A DNA stretch of 64,000 bases from a virus (lineage: Duplodnaviria; Caudoviricetes). Location of the stretch: the IMG/VR virus record IMGVR_UViG_3300048606_000166, positions 1 to 64,000 of that record. The stretch is one strand, 5' to 3'. Below are positions 17,766 through 26,434 of the stretch, one piece after another. The notes below the pieces were generated by a model that saw only the letters and a program-made list of their open reading frames with translations, was not told where the DNA came from and did not search any database. The first letter of the stretch is position 1, and each line of letters opens with the position of its first letter. Position numbers and translations under genes: made by a program.

Positions 17766-19031
17766 ATGAGCCTCACCCTGCCCGGCGGAAACGACAAAGG
17801 TAAGCCGCTTTCCGAGTGTTCCGAAAAGTCCCTCAAGTTCTGGCGCGACCGTATCGAGACGAACATCGCCGACGGCAAATCGCGCGGCAACGACACTCAG
17901 CTGCTCGCCGCCATCAAGGCGGAGCTCGCTACCATCGAGACGGACAAGGCGGAGATGAAGAATGCCGGCGCGCACGCGGCGCACGTTGGAGGCCGCGCCC
18001 TCGAGCAGCAGGGGGCCGTGCCCGACGACTGGCTCACCGACATCCAGTCGAGCTTTCGCAAGAGCGGACACGCGACGAGCATGCTGCAGCTCGCGCGAGA
18101 GCGCGCGAACCTCATCACCCCCGCGACCGCCTGCGGTCACCTGCCCGAGGGGTGCGCCGTCGCGTTCTCGGTCGTCCACGTCGACGCCCGGCCGGCCAAA
18201 GAAGGCGGCGAGGTCTACCCGACCGGCGGGGGCAAGTTCGGCATCGTCGGCAGCGCGCTCAACCGCATCGCCGCCGCGGCGGGTGTCAGCTGGGATCCCG
18301 AGCTCACCTGCACGCTCGACGACCGTAGCGATCCGCTCTTCTGTCAGTTTCGCGCGGTCGGCGAGGTGCGCCACTTCGATGGCACCGAGCAGATCGTAAC
18401 CGGCACGGTCGAGCTCGATCTTCGCGAAGGCTCGGCCCAGCTCGCCGCCATCCGGGGGCGCTCGCAAGGCGATCCCGAGGTGCAGATCCGCGACATGCGC
18501 CTTTTCATCGTGCGCCACGCCGAGAGCAAAGCCAAAAACCGCGCCATCCGGTCGCTCGGGATGAAGAACGGCTACACCCAGGCCGAGCTCTTTCGGCCCT
18601 TCGTCGTCGCGAAGCTCATGTTCACGGGGCAGAGCGACAACCCCGAGATCGCCTACCGCTTTGCCGAGATGAACGCCGTCCGCATGCTCGCGGGAAAGCG
18701 CGCGCTCTACGGCTCCGGCCCCGCCCAGATGGAGCCGCACCGTTCGGCGGCCGGTCTTCTCAAGCCGCCGCCGGTAGGCTCGGTCGGCGCGGATGAAGAC
18801 GAGTGGGAGGGCGATGGCGACGCCATCGACGCGAGCGGCTCGAGCGTGCCGGCGTCGCTGCCCGAGCAAACCGCCCGCTCGGCGGCCGAGTCGCTCGGCC
18901 TCGCGGGCGGCGCTGAAGTCGGCGAAACGGTCGGCCAGAAGCCCGCGGCCGCGCCCGCGGAAACCACCGCCACGAAACCCGGCGGCCCGGCTCCCCAAGG
19001 CGAGCAGCTACCCCTCGGCGGAAAGTATTGA
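17766..19031 (+). CDS. Candidate single-strand annealing protein
   Basis: 421 aa with RBS; central domain ending AESKAKNRAIRSLG reminiscent of Rad52/Sak-type proteins; acidic disordered tail; adjacent to SbcD. Confidence 0.5.
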   Translation: MSLTLPGGNDKGKPLSECSEKSLKFWRDRIETNIADGKSRGNDTQLLAAIKAELATIETDKAEMKNAGAHAAHVGGRALEQQGAVPDDWLTDIQSSFRKSGHATSMLQLARERANLITPATACGHLPEGCAVAFSVVHVDARPAKEGGEVYPTGGGKFGIVGSALNRIAAAAGVSWDPELTCTLDDRSDPLFCQFRAVGEVRHFDGTEQIVTGTVELDLREGSAQLAAIRGRSQGDPEVQIRDMRLFIVRHAESKAKNRAIRSLGMKNGYTQAELFRPFVVAKLMFTGQSDNPEIAYRFAEMNAVRMLAGKRALYGSGPAQMEPHRSAAGLLKPPPVGSVGADEDEWEGDGDAIDASGSSVPASLPEQTARSAAESLGLAGGAEVGETVGQKPAAAPAETTATKPGGPAPQGEQLPLGGKY

Positions 19032-19033
19032 CC

Positions 19034-20305
19034 ATGCGCCGCCTGACGATCGGACAGCTCGGCGATAGCCACGTGCACCTGCACTCGCGCTTTGCCGAAT
19101 GCATGCGCCTACACGAGTGGATCGTCGACGACATGGCCCGCCGCGGTGTCGCTCTCGTCGCCCACACCGGCGATCTCTACGAGCAGAAATCCGTGCCCGA
19201 GGAGCGCAACGCCGCCGAGCGCATCATCTCGAAGTGTGCCGACTTCGCCCCGTTCGTCATCATCCGAGGCAACCACGATGTGCCAGGCGATCTCGCCATC
19301 ATGCGCCGCCTTCGGACCCGTTACCCGGTCATCGTCGAGGAGGGCGCTGGCACAGTTCTCGTCGCCGCCTCGGCCGCGTCCGGCGCGCCAAATCAACCGA
19401 TCGGCGTCGCGTGCCTGTCGTGGCCACGCAAGGCGAACCTACTGGCACAACTGGCGCAGCCTGTGTCGCCCGAGCAATCGAGCGAAGTGGCACAAGAGGC
19501 GCTGCGCGATGTGCTGCGGGGGCTCGGCCAAGAGCTCGACCAAATGGGACGCGAGAAGCCGAACCTTCTGCTCGCGCACGCGATGATGCGCGGTGCGGTC
19601 ACTTCCGCCGGCCAGCCGCTCGTCGGCCGCGACATGGAGCTCGACCTGACCGATCTCGGGCTGGTGCGCGCCAAGTACGTCGGCCTGGGACACATCCACA
19701 TGCCGCAGGAATGGAAATTCGGCGGGGCGTGGAACGTCTTTGCCGGGAGCCCCCGCCGTACGGCCTACGGCGAAAACGAAGACAAGGGCTACGTCCTCGT
19801 CCACTTCGACGAGGCCTCGGACGGCTGGCACTGCGCCGGATTCGAGCGGATCACCGTGCCGGCGACGCCGATGCTCGACGTCGTCTCGGCCTGGAAGGGC
19901 GAAGGCGAAGGCCTCACCTCCGATGTGGGCGGTTGGGACAACCCCGCCTTTCTGGCGACGCTCCGCGGCGCCGACGTCCGGTTCCGGTACGCGGTCCCCG
20001 CCGACGCGCGCGAGCCCGCACGCCTCGCCGCCGAGGCCCTGCGCCAGCGCTTTCTCGATGCCGGCGCCGTGAACGTCACCTCGGAGCCGGAGGCCATCTC
20101 GCAGACCCGCGCGCGCGCCCCCGAAATCGTCGAGGCGCTGACCACCTGGGACAAGCTCCAAACCCTCTGGCGCCTGCGCCAGGTGACACACCCTGACGCC
20201 CGCGTCGCTCGGTTGAAGGACAAGGTCACCGAGCTCGAAAACGAGTCACACGCCGTCTTCTACACTGACGGCGCCGGAAAGCCCGCCGTCGCCCGGTACG
20301 CATGA
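19034..20305 (+). CDS. sbcD: SbcD/Mre11-like metallophosphoesterase nuclease
   Basis: GDSH, HTGDLY, GNHD, LAH, LGHIH, AGSP motifs. Confidence 0.9.
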   Translation: MRRLTIGQLGDSHVHLHSRFAECMRLHEWIVDDMARRGVALVAHTGDLYEQKSVPEERNAAERIISKCADFAPFVIIRGNHDVPGDLAIMRRLRTRYPVIVEEGAGTVLVAASAASGAPNQPIGVACLSWPRKANLLAQLAQPVSPEQSSEVAQEALRDVLRGLGQELDQMGREKPNLLLAHAMMRGAVTSAGQPLVGRDMELDLTDLGLVRAKYVGLGHIHMPQEWKFGGAWNVFAGSPRRTAYGENEDKGYVLVHFDEASDGWHCAGFERITVPATPMLDVVSAWKGEGEGLTSDVGGWDNPAFLATLRGADVRFRYAVPADAREPARLAAEALRQRFLDAGAVNVTSEPEAISQTRARAPEIVEALTTWDKLQTLWRLRQVTHPDARVARLKDKVTELENESHAVFYTDGAGKPAVARYA

Positions 20306-20320
20306 GGCGCCGCGTTGCTT

Positions 20321-20515
20321 TCAATCTGACGCGCTCCTCCATCCAAGCTTTCCGCACCATTTGCAGCGCGCGTAGTCGAGCCTCGGCCCGAAGATTTCCC
20401 AGAGGGGTCGATCGGCTGGGCAGGCCACCGACCGCCAAGCGTGCGCCCCGCGCGAGCATCGCCGTGCGGCCCGGTCCGCCCGCATCCACCGGAACCGCTC
20501 GAGAAGGCTGGCCAT
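20321..20515 (-). CDS. Small hypothetical protein downstream of the tRNAs
   Basis: 64 aa, C...HAW...CKWCG motif; same strand as tRNAs. Confidence 0.4.
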   Translation of the reverse strand: MASLLERFRWMRADRAARRCSRGAHAWRSVACPADRPLWEIFGPRLDYARCKWCGKLGWRSASD

Positions 20516-20530
20516 CCGTCACCCCGTTTG

Positions 20531-20602
20531 AGGCGCGGATGGGATTCGAACCCACGTTGGACGGTTTTGCAAACCGTTGCCTAGCCACTTGGCGACCGCG
20601 CC
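20531..20602 (-). tRNA. tRNA-Cys (GCA), CCA not encoded
   Basis: GGCGCGG/CCGCGCC acceptor stem, ACGGT-TTGCAAA-ACCGT anticodon arm, GGTTCGAATCC T-loop, U73. Confidence 0.92.
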
Positions 20603-20610
20603 AAAAACTG

Positions 20611-20682
20611 CTCCGGTGCGAGGGCTCGAACCTCGGACCCGGCGGTTAACAGCCGCCTGCTCTACCACTGAGCTACACCGGA
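20611..20682 (-). tRNA. tRNA-Asn (GTT), CCA not encoded
   Basis: TCCGGTG/CACCGGA acceptor stem, GGCGG-CTGTTAA-CCGCC anticodon arm, GGTTCGAGCC T-loop, G73. Confidence 0.93.
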
Positions 20683-20713
20683 ATTGGGTTGATGTGCGTT
20701 GTTGAGGTGCAGC

Positions 20714-20741
20714 ATCATGCACGCACGCCACGCCGCGTCAA
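20714..20741 (-). promoter_or_regulatory. Candidate promoter for the tRNA pair
   Basis: TTGACG-16-CATGAT on minus strand, ~30 nt upstream of tRNA-Asn. Confidence 0.45.
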
Positions 20742-20758
20742 GAACGACCGGAGGATAA

Positions 20759-21025
20759 GTGTCCGCGACCCCGAACATCGTCACGCTCTACGCCGACGCC
20801 GACGGCGCACTGTCGTTTTACCCCTCCGACGGTGCGAGCGCCGTACCGTTCGAGCTCGCCGAGGGGTACCGCCTCGAAGGCGGACTCGTCGGCGGACGCG
20901 TCGCCATCTTCGGCAAGCCGGGCAAGCTCGGTATGCAGGTCGACGAGGCCCTCACCGCGGGCGTTCTCAAGCCGGTCTTCGACAAGCGGCTCGCGAGCGT
21001 CGACGACGAGGAGCGAGACCCATAA
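20759..21025 (+). CDS. Hypothetical protein
   Basis: GGAGGA RBS before GTG; 88 aa. Confidence 0.7.
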   Translation: MSATPNIVTLYADADGALSFYPSDGASAVPFELAEGYRLEGGLVGGRVAIFGKPGKLGMQVDEALTAGVLKPVFDKRLASVDDEERDP

Positions 21026-21067
21026 AAGTCTGCTCGCCTCGTCGGCGAGGTTTGTTAGGCCTCCGGT

Positions 21068-21096
21068 TTGATATTCGACATACGCGACCGTATACT
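21068..21096 (+). promoter_or_regulatory. Sigma70-type promoter for sbcC with operator copy 3 (probably leaderless)
   Basis: TTGATA-17-TATACT; ATACG-CGAC-CGTAT at 21080-21093; ATG 6 nt after the -10. Confidence 0.75.
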
Positions 21097-21102
21097 AACG
21101 GT

Positions 21103-23526
21103 ATGCCTACGCTCACCGATCTACGCATTCGCGGCATCGGCTGCTTTACCGAAGAGATTCACGTGGATCTCACGAAGCTCGAGGGCCCGCTCGTCGCCCT
21201 CGTCGGCGAGAACGGCGAAGGCAAGACCATGTTCTGCGAGAGCTGGCCGGCAGCCATGTATCGCAAGTTCCCAGCCCGCGGCAAGCTGAAGGAAGTCGCC
21301 ACCGCCAGGGACGCCTTCATCGAGGCGCTCATCGTCAACAATGGTCACACCTACCGCATCCGGCAGACCATCGACGCCCAGTCGGGCGACGGCGAGTCGC
21401 TCGTCGTCGACCCGGCCCACCCGAAGGTTCCGCTCACGAAGTCCGGCAAGGTGAGCGAGTACGACGTCTGGGCCAAGCGCCACCTCCCCTCTCCCGAGGT
21501 GCTCTACTGCTCGATCTTCGGTGTCCAGGGTAGCCTCGGGTTTCTCGACTTGGACCCCGCCCCACGCAAGGGCGTGCTGCTCCGCGTGCTCGGCCATGAG
21601 CACCTCGAGAAAAAAGCGTCGTGCGCGGGCAGGCATGCCGACAAGCTCGACACGGATCTGCAAAAGTTCGCGGCCCGCCTCGGCGATGAACGAAAGCGCT
21701 CGGGCGACTTCGACGCGCTGGTCAACCGTCTGCAGGAGCTTCAGGGCGCTTTGCCGGCGGCCGAAGCCGCGCTTGCCGCGGCGCGAACCGCGAAGGAAGG
21801 CGCGAGCGCCCAGCTCGCCCGGGCCGAGCTTCAAGAGAAAGCCGCGCAGCAAGCGGCTCTACGCCGCTCCGCCCTCGAGCAGAAGATCGCCGAGCTGCAA
21901 AAAGCAATCGCCGACATCGAAGAGCGCCTCGCCAGTAACCGCAAGGTGCTCGGCAACGCCGAGAAGATCCGCGCGGCCGAAGCGCGCATGCCCGTCGCAG
22001 CTGCCGAGCAGGCCGAAGCGCGCGCGGCGCTGCAGACGATCGACGAGACGATCCGCGCCCTCGAGCTTGAGAAGAAGCAGCTCATCGACGCGCGCCTGAA
22101 AGCCGTCGCCGCCTTCGACGGTTGGCGCAAGACGATCGCCGAGCAGGAGAAACGCCTCTCGATGCGCGCCGCGGTCGAAGCGGCCACGGCGGCCCTGCCC
22201 GCCCTCGAGGCCGCGTTTTTGGCACGCAAGCAAACCGCGGACGCCGACGCCCACGCGCTCGAGGAGCTGAAGCGAGCCGCGCTTCACGGCGCGGGCGGCC
22301 GCATCACGTCGCTCCGCACGGCGCACGAGACGATTGCCGCGGGCGCCGACGCTCCCCGCGCCATCTCGCGCGAGGCCATTGAAGCCGACGACGTCCACAA
22401 GAAAGCGGGCGACGAAGCCCCGGAGCGCATCGCCGAGCTCACCCGAAAGCTCACTGGCGAGCGCCAGGAACTCGACCGCATCGCGCGCGAGATCGCCGCG
22501 ATCGAGCGCACCGCCGCGAGGAAAGAGGAGCTCGACGCGATCGACGAGGCTCTGGTAACGATGCGCACGGCGGCCGCCGGGGTAGAAGCCGATGTTGCCC
22601 GGCTTGATGTCGCGATCGCCGATGTGCCGGCCCCACCCTCGCGCGCCGATGGCAAGGCGAAGCTCGATGCGCTCAGCGAGGAGATCGCCCGGCTCGCGAA
22701 GCTCGCCCCGCTCGCCACCCCCCTCTCGAATGCAGAGACCCGCCTGGCCGAACTCGCCCCCCAGCTCGAGGAGCGCCGCGCCAGGGTCGCCACCGCGCGC
22801 GCCGAGCTTCTGGCGATCGAGCCGGTCGAGCTACCGGTACGCCCCGACGTGACCGCGATCGATCGCCGTCTCGCGGCCAGCGAGGCGGCCGACCGAAAGC
22901 TCCGCGCCGACATCGCCGCCGCCAATGCGGGGCTCGAAGCGTCGGAGGTAAGTCGCGCGCGCGCCGACGAGCTCGCCGAGGAGGTTCGCCGAGCCGAGGA
23001 GGAGATGACCGACTGGCGTCTGCTTCAGCAGGACCTCGGACGCGACGGCGTCCAGGCGCTCGAGATCGATGGCGTCGGTCCGGAGCTCACCGAGATCGCG
23101 AACGAGCTTTTGCGCACCTGCTACGGCACCAGGTTCATGGTGGAGATCACGACGACGAGGCCGCGCGCCGTCGGCGAGGGCGACACGGAAGGCTGCTGGG
23201 TGCTCGTGACCGACAACCTGAAGCAGCGAACGAGCGAGGCCAAGACCTTCTCTGGCGGCGAACGCGTGATGATTTCGGAGGCCATCAACCTCGCCATCCT
23301 GGCCCTCGTCTGCAAAAGGACGGGCGACCGCGAGCCGACCATCGTGCGCGACGAGACCGCGGCTGCGCTCTCGGCCGGTAACGCACCCAGGTACATCGCC
23401 ATGCTCCGCCGCGCGGCCGCGATGATCGGCGCCTCGAAGGTGCTCTACGTGTCGCACGACCCCGAGAGCCAAGCGCTCGCCGACTCGCGCCTTGTCTTCT
23501 CGAGCGGCATGATCCGGGCGGCCTGA
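21103..23526 (+). CDS. sbcC: SbcC/Rad50-like SMC ATPase
   Basis: Walker A GENGEGKT, long coiled coil, FSGGE signature, IVRDE Walker B, VSHD. Confidence 0.9.
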   Translation: MPTLTDLRIRGIGCFTEEIHVDLTKLEGPLVALVGENGEGKTMFCESWPAAMYRKFPARGKLKEVATARDAFIEALIVNNGHTYRIRQTIDAQSGDGESLVVDPAHPKVPLTKSGKVSEYDVWAKRHLPSPEVLYCSIFGVQGSLGFLDLDPAPRKGVLLRVLGHEHLEKKASCAGRHADKLDTDLQKFAARLGDERKRSGDFDALVNRLQELQGALPAAEAALAAARTAKEGASAQLARAELQEKAAQQAALRRSALEQKIAELQKAIADIEERLASNRKVLGNAEKIRAAEARMPVAAAEQAEARAALQTIDETIRALELEKKQLIDARLKAVAAFDGWRKTIAEQEKRLSMRAAVEAATAALPALEAAFLARKQTADADAHALEELKRAALHGAGGRITSLRTAHETIAAGADAPRAISREAIEADDVHKKAGDEAPERIAELTRKLTGERQELDRIAREIAAIERTAARKEELDAIDEALVTMRTAAAGVEADVARLDVAIADVPAPPSRADGKAKLDALSEEIARLAKLAPLATPLSNAETRLAELAPQLEERRARVATARAELLAIEPVELPVRPDVTAIDRRLAASEAADRKLRADIAAANAGLEASEVSRARADELAEEVRRAEEEMTDWRLLQQDLGRDGVQALEIDGVGPELTEIANELLRTCYGTRFMVEITTTRPRAVGEGDTEGCWVLVTDNLKQRTSEAKTFSGGERVMISEAINLAILALVCKRTGDREPTIVRDETAAALSAGNAPRYIAMLRRAAAMIGASKVLYVSHDPESQALADSRLVFSSGMIRAA

Positions 23527-23531
23527 TCCCC

Positions 23532-23560
23532 TTGCGCGCCCCCGAGAATTGTATTACAAT
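23532..23560 (+). promoter_or_regulatory. brnTA promoter with palindromic operator
   Basis: TTGCGC-17-TACAAT; perfect palindrome ATTGTA-T-TACAAT at 23548-23560. Confidence 0.7.
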
Positions 23561-23566
23561 AGTCTG

Positions 23567-23848
23567 GTGAAGCAGCACTACGAATGGGACGAAGCGAAGG
23601 CCGCCGCGAACCTGAAAAAGCACGGCGTCTCGTTCGTTGATGCCGCCTCGGCGTTCGATGACGTGAACGCCGTTTTCGCGGCCGACTACATCGACCCCGC
23701 TCGAACGCTGATGATCGCCTATGCCAAGGTCGGCGACCGCCTGCTGGCGATCATTTTCACCGAAGTCGCTTCGGACCTCCTCCGGATCATCAGCGCCCGC
23801 CCCGCAACCAAAGCCGAAAGGAAACGTTATGAAGAAAAAGACCGCTAA
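23567..23848 (+). CDS. brnT: BrnT family toxin
   Basis: YEWDEAKAAANLKKHGVSF.DA..AF...IISARPATKAERKRY. Confidence 0.92.
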   Translation: MKQHYEWDEAKAAANLKKHGVSFVDAASAFDDVNAVFAADYIDPARTLMIAYAKVGDRLLAIIFTEVASDLLRIISARPATKAERKRYEEKDR

Positions 23849-24176
23849 CGTCGCCGAGCCTTCGAAGGCGTCGCTCCGCGCGATGCCAGAATTCGACATG
23901 AGCAAGGCGAAGTTCGTACGCCGTAACCCTTACGCCGAACGCATCCGCAAAGCCGGCGGCTACATGGTTTCTGTCGACGGTAAGAAGCCGTATTTCGTGC
24001 GCGTCGGCGCCGGCCGACCCAAAAATGGCGAGGACGTCGGGCCGAGCTCCGTTCGATCGGTCCGACTGCCCGACGCCTTTTGGAAGGAGCTTGCAACCCG
24101 CGCCGCCGCGCACTCGGTCACCTTGCACGCCGAGCTACGCGCCGCCATCGCCAAGCACCTGCGGCGCGCGAGCTGA
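23829..24176 (+). CDS. BrnA-like antitoxin with RHH-like C-terminus
   Basis: Overlaps brnT; GRP...SVRL motif; MPEFD N-terminal motif. Confidence 0.75.
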   Translation: MKKKTANVAEPSKASLRAMPEFDMSKAKFVRRNPYAERIRKAGGYMVSVDGKKPYFVRVGAGRPKNGEDVGPSSVRSVRLPDAFWKELATRAAAHSVTLHAELRAAIAKHLRRAS

Positions 24177-24313
24177 CGTTTCCTCGGACGACGTCCGATT
24201 CTTTGAGGTAACGTTTTTTGCGGCGTCCGCTGCTTTGTCGTCCGCGTCATTCTTGGGGTGGCCGCGGCCGGGGGGGTTGGCGGGCGCCACCTTTTATCGG
24301 GGAGGTGGCCGCC

Positions 24314-24712
24314 ATGCTGACGAAAGACGAATACGAGAACCGGTACCAAGAGAACCAGGCGCTGAGCGGCTTTGGGCTCGAGGTCAAGACACATCTGCCG
24401 TGCCCCTTCTGCGCCGCACCGGAGTTTCTCGTCTATCCGATCTGGCCGCCCGACGAGCACCAGAAGGCCCTCGAGAAGGGCGCCGACTGCAAAGAGTGCG
24501 GCCGCGGGATGCGCGTCGTCTACACGGCCAATACGCAGAGCATGCTGGCCTTCAAGATGGTGCAGACGAAGGGCGACGACCCGCCTGACTACATTCTCAT
24601 CGGCCGCGAGGAGCGCGCCGAGGCGGTGCGACCGCCGCCGCCGCTCGACCTCGACCTCGAGCCGGAGTCGAAGCCCAAAGGCGAAGTCGTACGCATCGAG
24701 AAGGACGAGTGA
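24314..24712 (+). CDS. Hypothetical Zn-ribbon protein
   Basis: GGAGGT RBS; CPFC...CKEC. Confidence 0.75.
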   Translation: MLTKDEYENRYQENQALSGFGLEVKTHLPCPFCAAPEFLVYPIWPPDEHQKALEKGADCKECGRGMRVVYTANTQSMLAFKMVQTKGDDPPDYILIGREERAEAVRPPPPLDLDLEPESKPKGEVVRIEKDE

Positions 24713-24718
24713 GGGGCG

Positions 24719-25057
24719 ATGACGCTTGACGAACTCGAGAGCCTGGTCGCCAAGGTCGAGCTTCGGAACTTTCCTTTCCAGGTCCGCATCGCAACACGGT
24801 GGTTTTATGTCGGGCAGCGAAAGACTCTCGTCATTGCCATCCAAGCCAAGATCAAAGACCGCGACACGGGCTTGCCCTCGTACGTGGACTTTGAGCAAAG
24901 CTATTCGGAAGCCCAGATCGACCCCTGGGACGAAGACGCCGCAATGGAGCTCGCCTTGTATCGACCGCTTCGGGACATGGCGATCCACGAGGTGGCCGAG
25001 GCCCTCCACTTCAAGGGCGTGAGGATTTACGACCCGCACCGCGACGAGAAGACTTAG
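24719..25057 (+). CDS. Hypothetical phage protein
   Basis: GAGG RBS; HE..E.LHF.G.RIYDPH C-terminal motif. Confidence 0.75.
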   Translation: MTLDELESLVAKVELRNFPFQVRIATRWFYVGQRKTLVIAIQAKIKDRDTGLPSYVDFEQSYSEAQIDPWDEDAAMELALYRPLRDMAIHEVAEALHFKGVRIYDPHRDEKT

Positions 25058-25791
25058 TCGTGCTTGCCCTGCGCGAACTCGCGACGGTACTCGGCCTCTT
25101 CGTCTTCCAGCACGCTCCGAACGAACTCGGGAAAGTGCGTCTGAAATACCGCTATCTCCGCGGCGATGTCGGCGTCGGTAAGCACCGAGTGCGCCACGCC
25201 CTCGGCGTCGAGGCCGAGCTGGGTTTTGTCGGGTTGCTCGGGGCGCGTCGGCTCGGGCATGTGCGGTTCGACGACCTTGCCGAAGTAGCTGACGAACGAC
25301 TGCATCGCCGTCGCGTAGGGGGCGGGCTTGGCCGTGAAGTAGTTGAGGCGGCCGAGCTCGAAGGCCGCCTTGCTCACCTCGAGCTCTTCAAAAAACTCGA
25401 GGCACTTCTTGTAGCGGCCGCCCATGAGCGCGAAGTAGCCGGCGGCGCCGAGGGCCGCCCGCTGGCTGCTCGACTGGTCGATCGCGCCGTACGAGCGGAA
25501 CTTCAAGTCCATGTTTTTCCACTCGTCGACGCCGTCGATTTCGAGTTTCTTGACGCGCTCGGCCACGTGCAGAACGAAATGGTCGCCGCCCCAACCCTTG
25601 CCGGCCGTCACATTTCCGACGCAGTACTGGTCTAAGGCGAGGCCCCGGCGATTCTCGAGCGCCACCTGCGCCCATGCGCACGCGAGCCGGTTGGGACTGC
25701 ACGGCGCTCCGAAGGCAAGTATGTGGCCCTTGCGCAGCGCGGTAGCGACCTCGACCTCACTGAGGGGCGTGCGGATTCGGGGAACTTCCAT
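25054..25791 (-). CDS. Glucosaminidase (GH73)-like peptidoglycan hydrolase, candidate endolysin
   Basis: AQVALE...GN...FRSY...GAAGY...Y...L....YFTA...YA pattern of lysozyme-like GH73 enzymes. Confidence 0.65.
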   Translation of the reverse strand: MEVPRIRTPLSEVEVATALRKGHILAFGAPCSPNRLACAWAQVALENRRGLALDQYCVGNVTAGKGWGGDHFVLHVAERVKKLEIDGVDEWKNMDLKFRSYGAIDQSSSQRAALGAAGYFALMGGRYKKCLEFFEELEVSKAAFELGRLNYFTAKPAPYATAMQSFVSYFGKVVEPHMPEPTRPEQPDKTQLGLDAEGVAHSVLTDADIAAEIAVFQTHFPEFVRSVLEDEEAEYRREFAQGKHD

Positions 25792-26434
25792 GTAGTTGAG
25801 AGTACCGCTCGCTAGCGGCAAGCTCCGCCCAAATGACCGGCGGCTTACCGCCAACACGCGACGAAGCGCGGTTCACCATCCGGCGAAAGAGGCGCACGCG
25901 CCGCGCGCTTTCTTTGACCGCCTGCTCGCTCGAGCACCCCCCCGAGAGGTAGTTGACGAACTCCCCCTCGGGAATGTCCGGACAAGCGACGAAGGAACGG
26001 CGAAGCCGTCGTAGGGTCATCCGCAGGCAAAGCTCGCGGTCGGCGACGAGCTCGGCACCGGTGTGCCCTTCCTCGGTCACGCCCTCGTCATTCGTGAGGA
26101 GCTGCCCGAGGCACCAGCTCTTGCCCTTGTCGCCTTGCCCGTGCGCGAGGCCGAAATCGCTCGAGCGATGCCAACCGCTTTCGGCGTGCGTCGCGGTGAG
26201 GATGGCGACCGCGGTATACAAACGTATATCAAGCCCGAGCAGCGGCACCGGCTCGATCGCTGCGAGCGGCTTCTCGTCAAGCGCGACCACGACGACCGCC
26301 TCGCTGATGCCGTGGTAGCGCTCGCCGCGCTGCTCGATGGTTTCGATGTTCTCGGGGAAGCCGCGACGCGTTGTCACCGAAAGCGGGATCGCCCAGACCA
26401 TCAGCCCAAACACCCAAAGCGCTAGTGTGTTCAT
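25757..26434 (-). CDS. Lytic transglycosylase-like protein with N-terminal hydrophobic segment
   Basis: AILTATHAESGW (catalytic ES), GDKGKSWCLGQL; weak TM/SAR-like N-terminus. Confidence 0.65.
   Translation of the reverse strand: MNTLALWVFGLMVWAIPLSVTTRRGFPENIETIEQRGERYHGISEAVVVVALDEKPLAAIEPVPLLGLDIRLYTAVAILTATHAESGWHRSSDFGLAHGQGDKGKSWCLGQLLTNDEGVTEEGHTGAELVADRELCLRMTLRRLRRSFVACPDIPEGEFVNYLSGGCSSEQAVKESARRVRLFRRMVNRASSRVGGKPPVIWAELAASERYSQLHGSSPNPHAPQ

Noticed and set aside
17661-18998. N-terminal 446 aa of the 534-aa minus ORF 17394..18998
   Set aside because: Antisense to the annealing-protein gene; only the last 88 codons have an HTH and a promoter
20226-20731. Several ORFs across the tRNA pair (e.g. 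ARMGFEPTLDGFANRC)
   Set aside because: Typical sense/antisense translations of tRNA-Cys and tRNA-Asn
20689-21102. Upstream extension of the SbcC ORF
   Set aside because: Overlaps a better-supported ORF (20759-21025) and the sbcC promoter; SMC similarity starts at 21103
23960-25039. 359-aa minus ORF
   Set aside because: Antisense to brnA and two well-supported + strand genes with RBSs
26213-26229. GTATACAAACGTATAT as a fourth operator copy
   Set aside because: Imperfect spacing, inside the SLT coding region, no associated promoter
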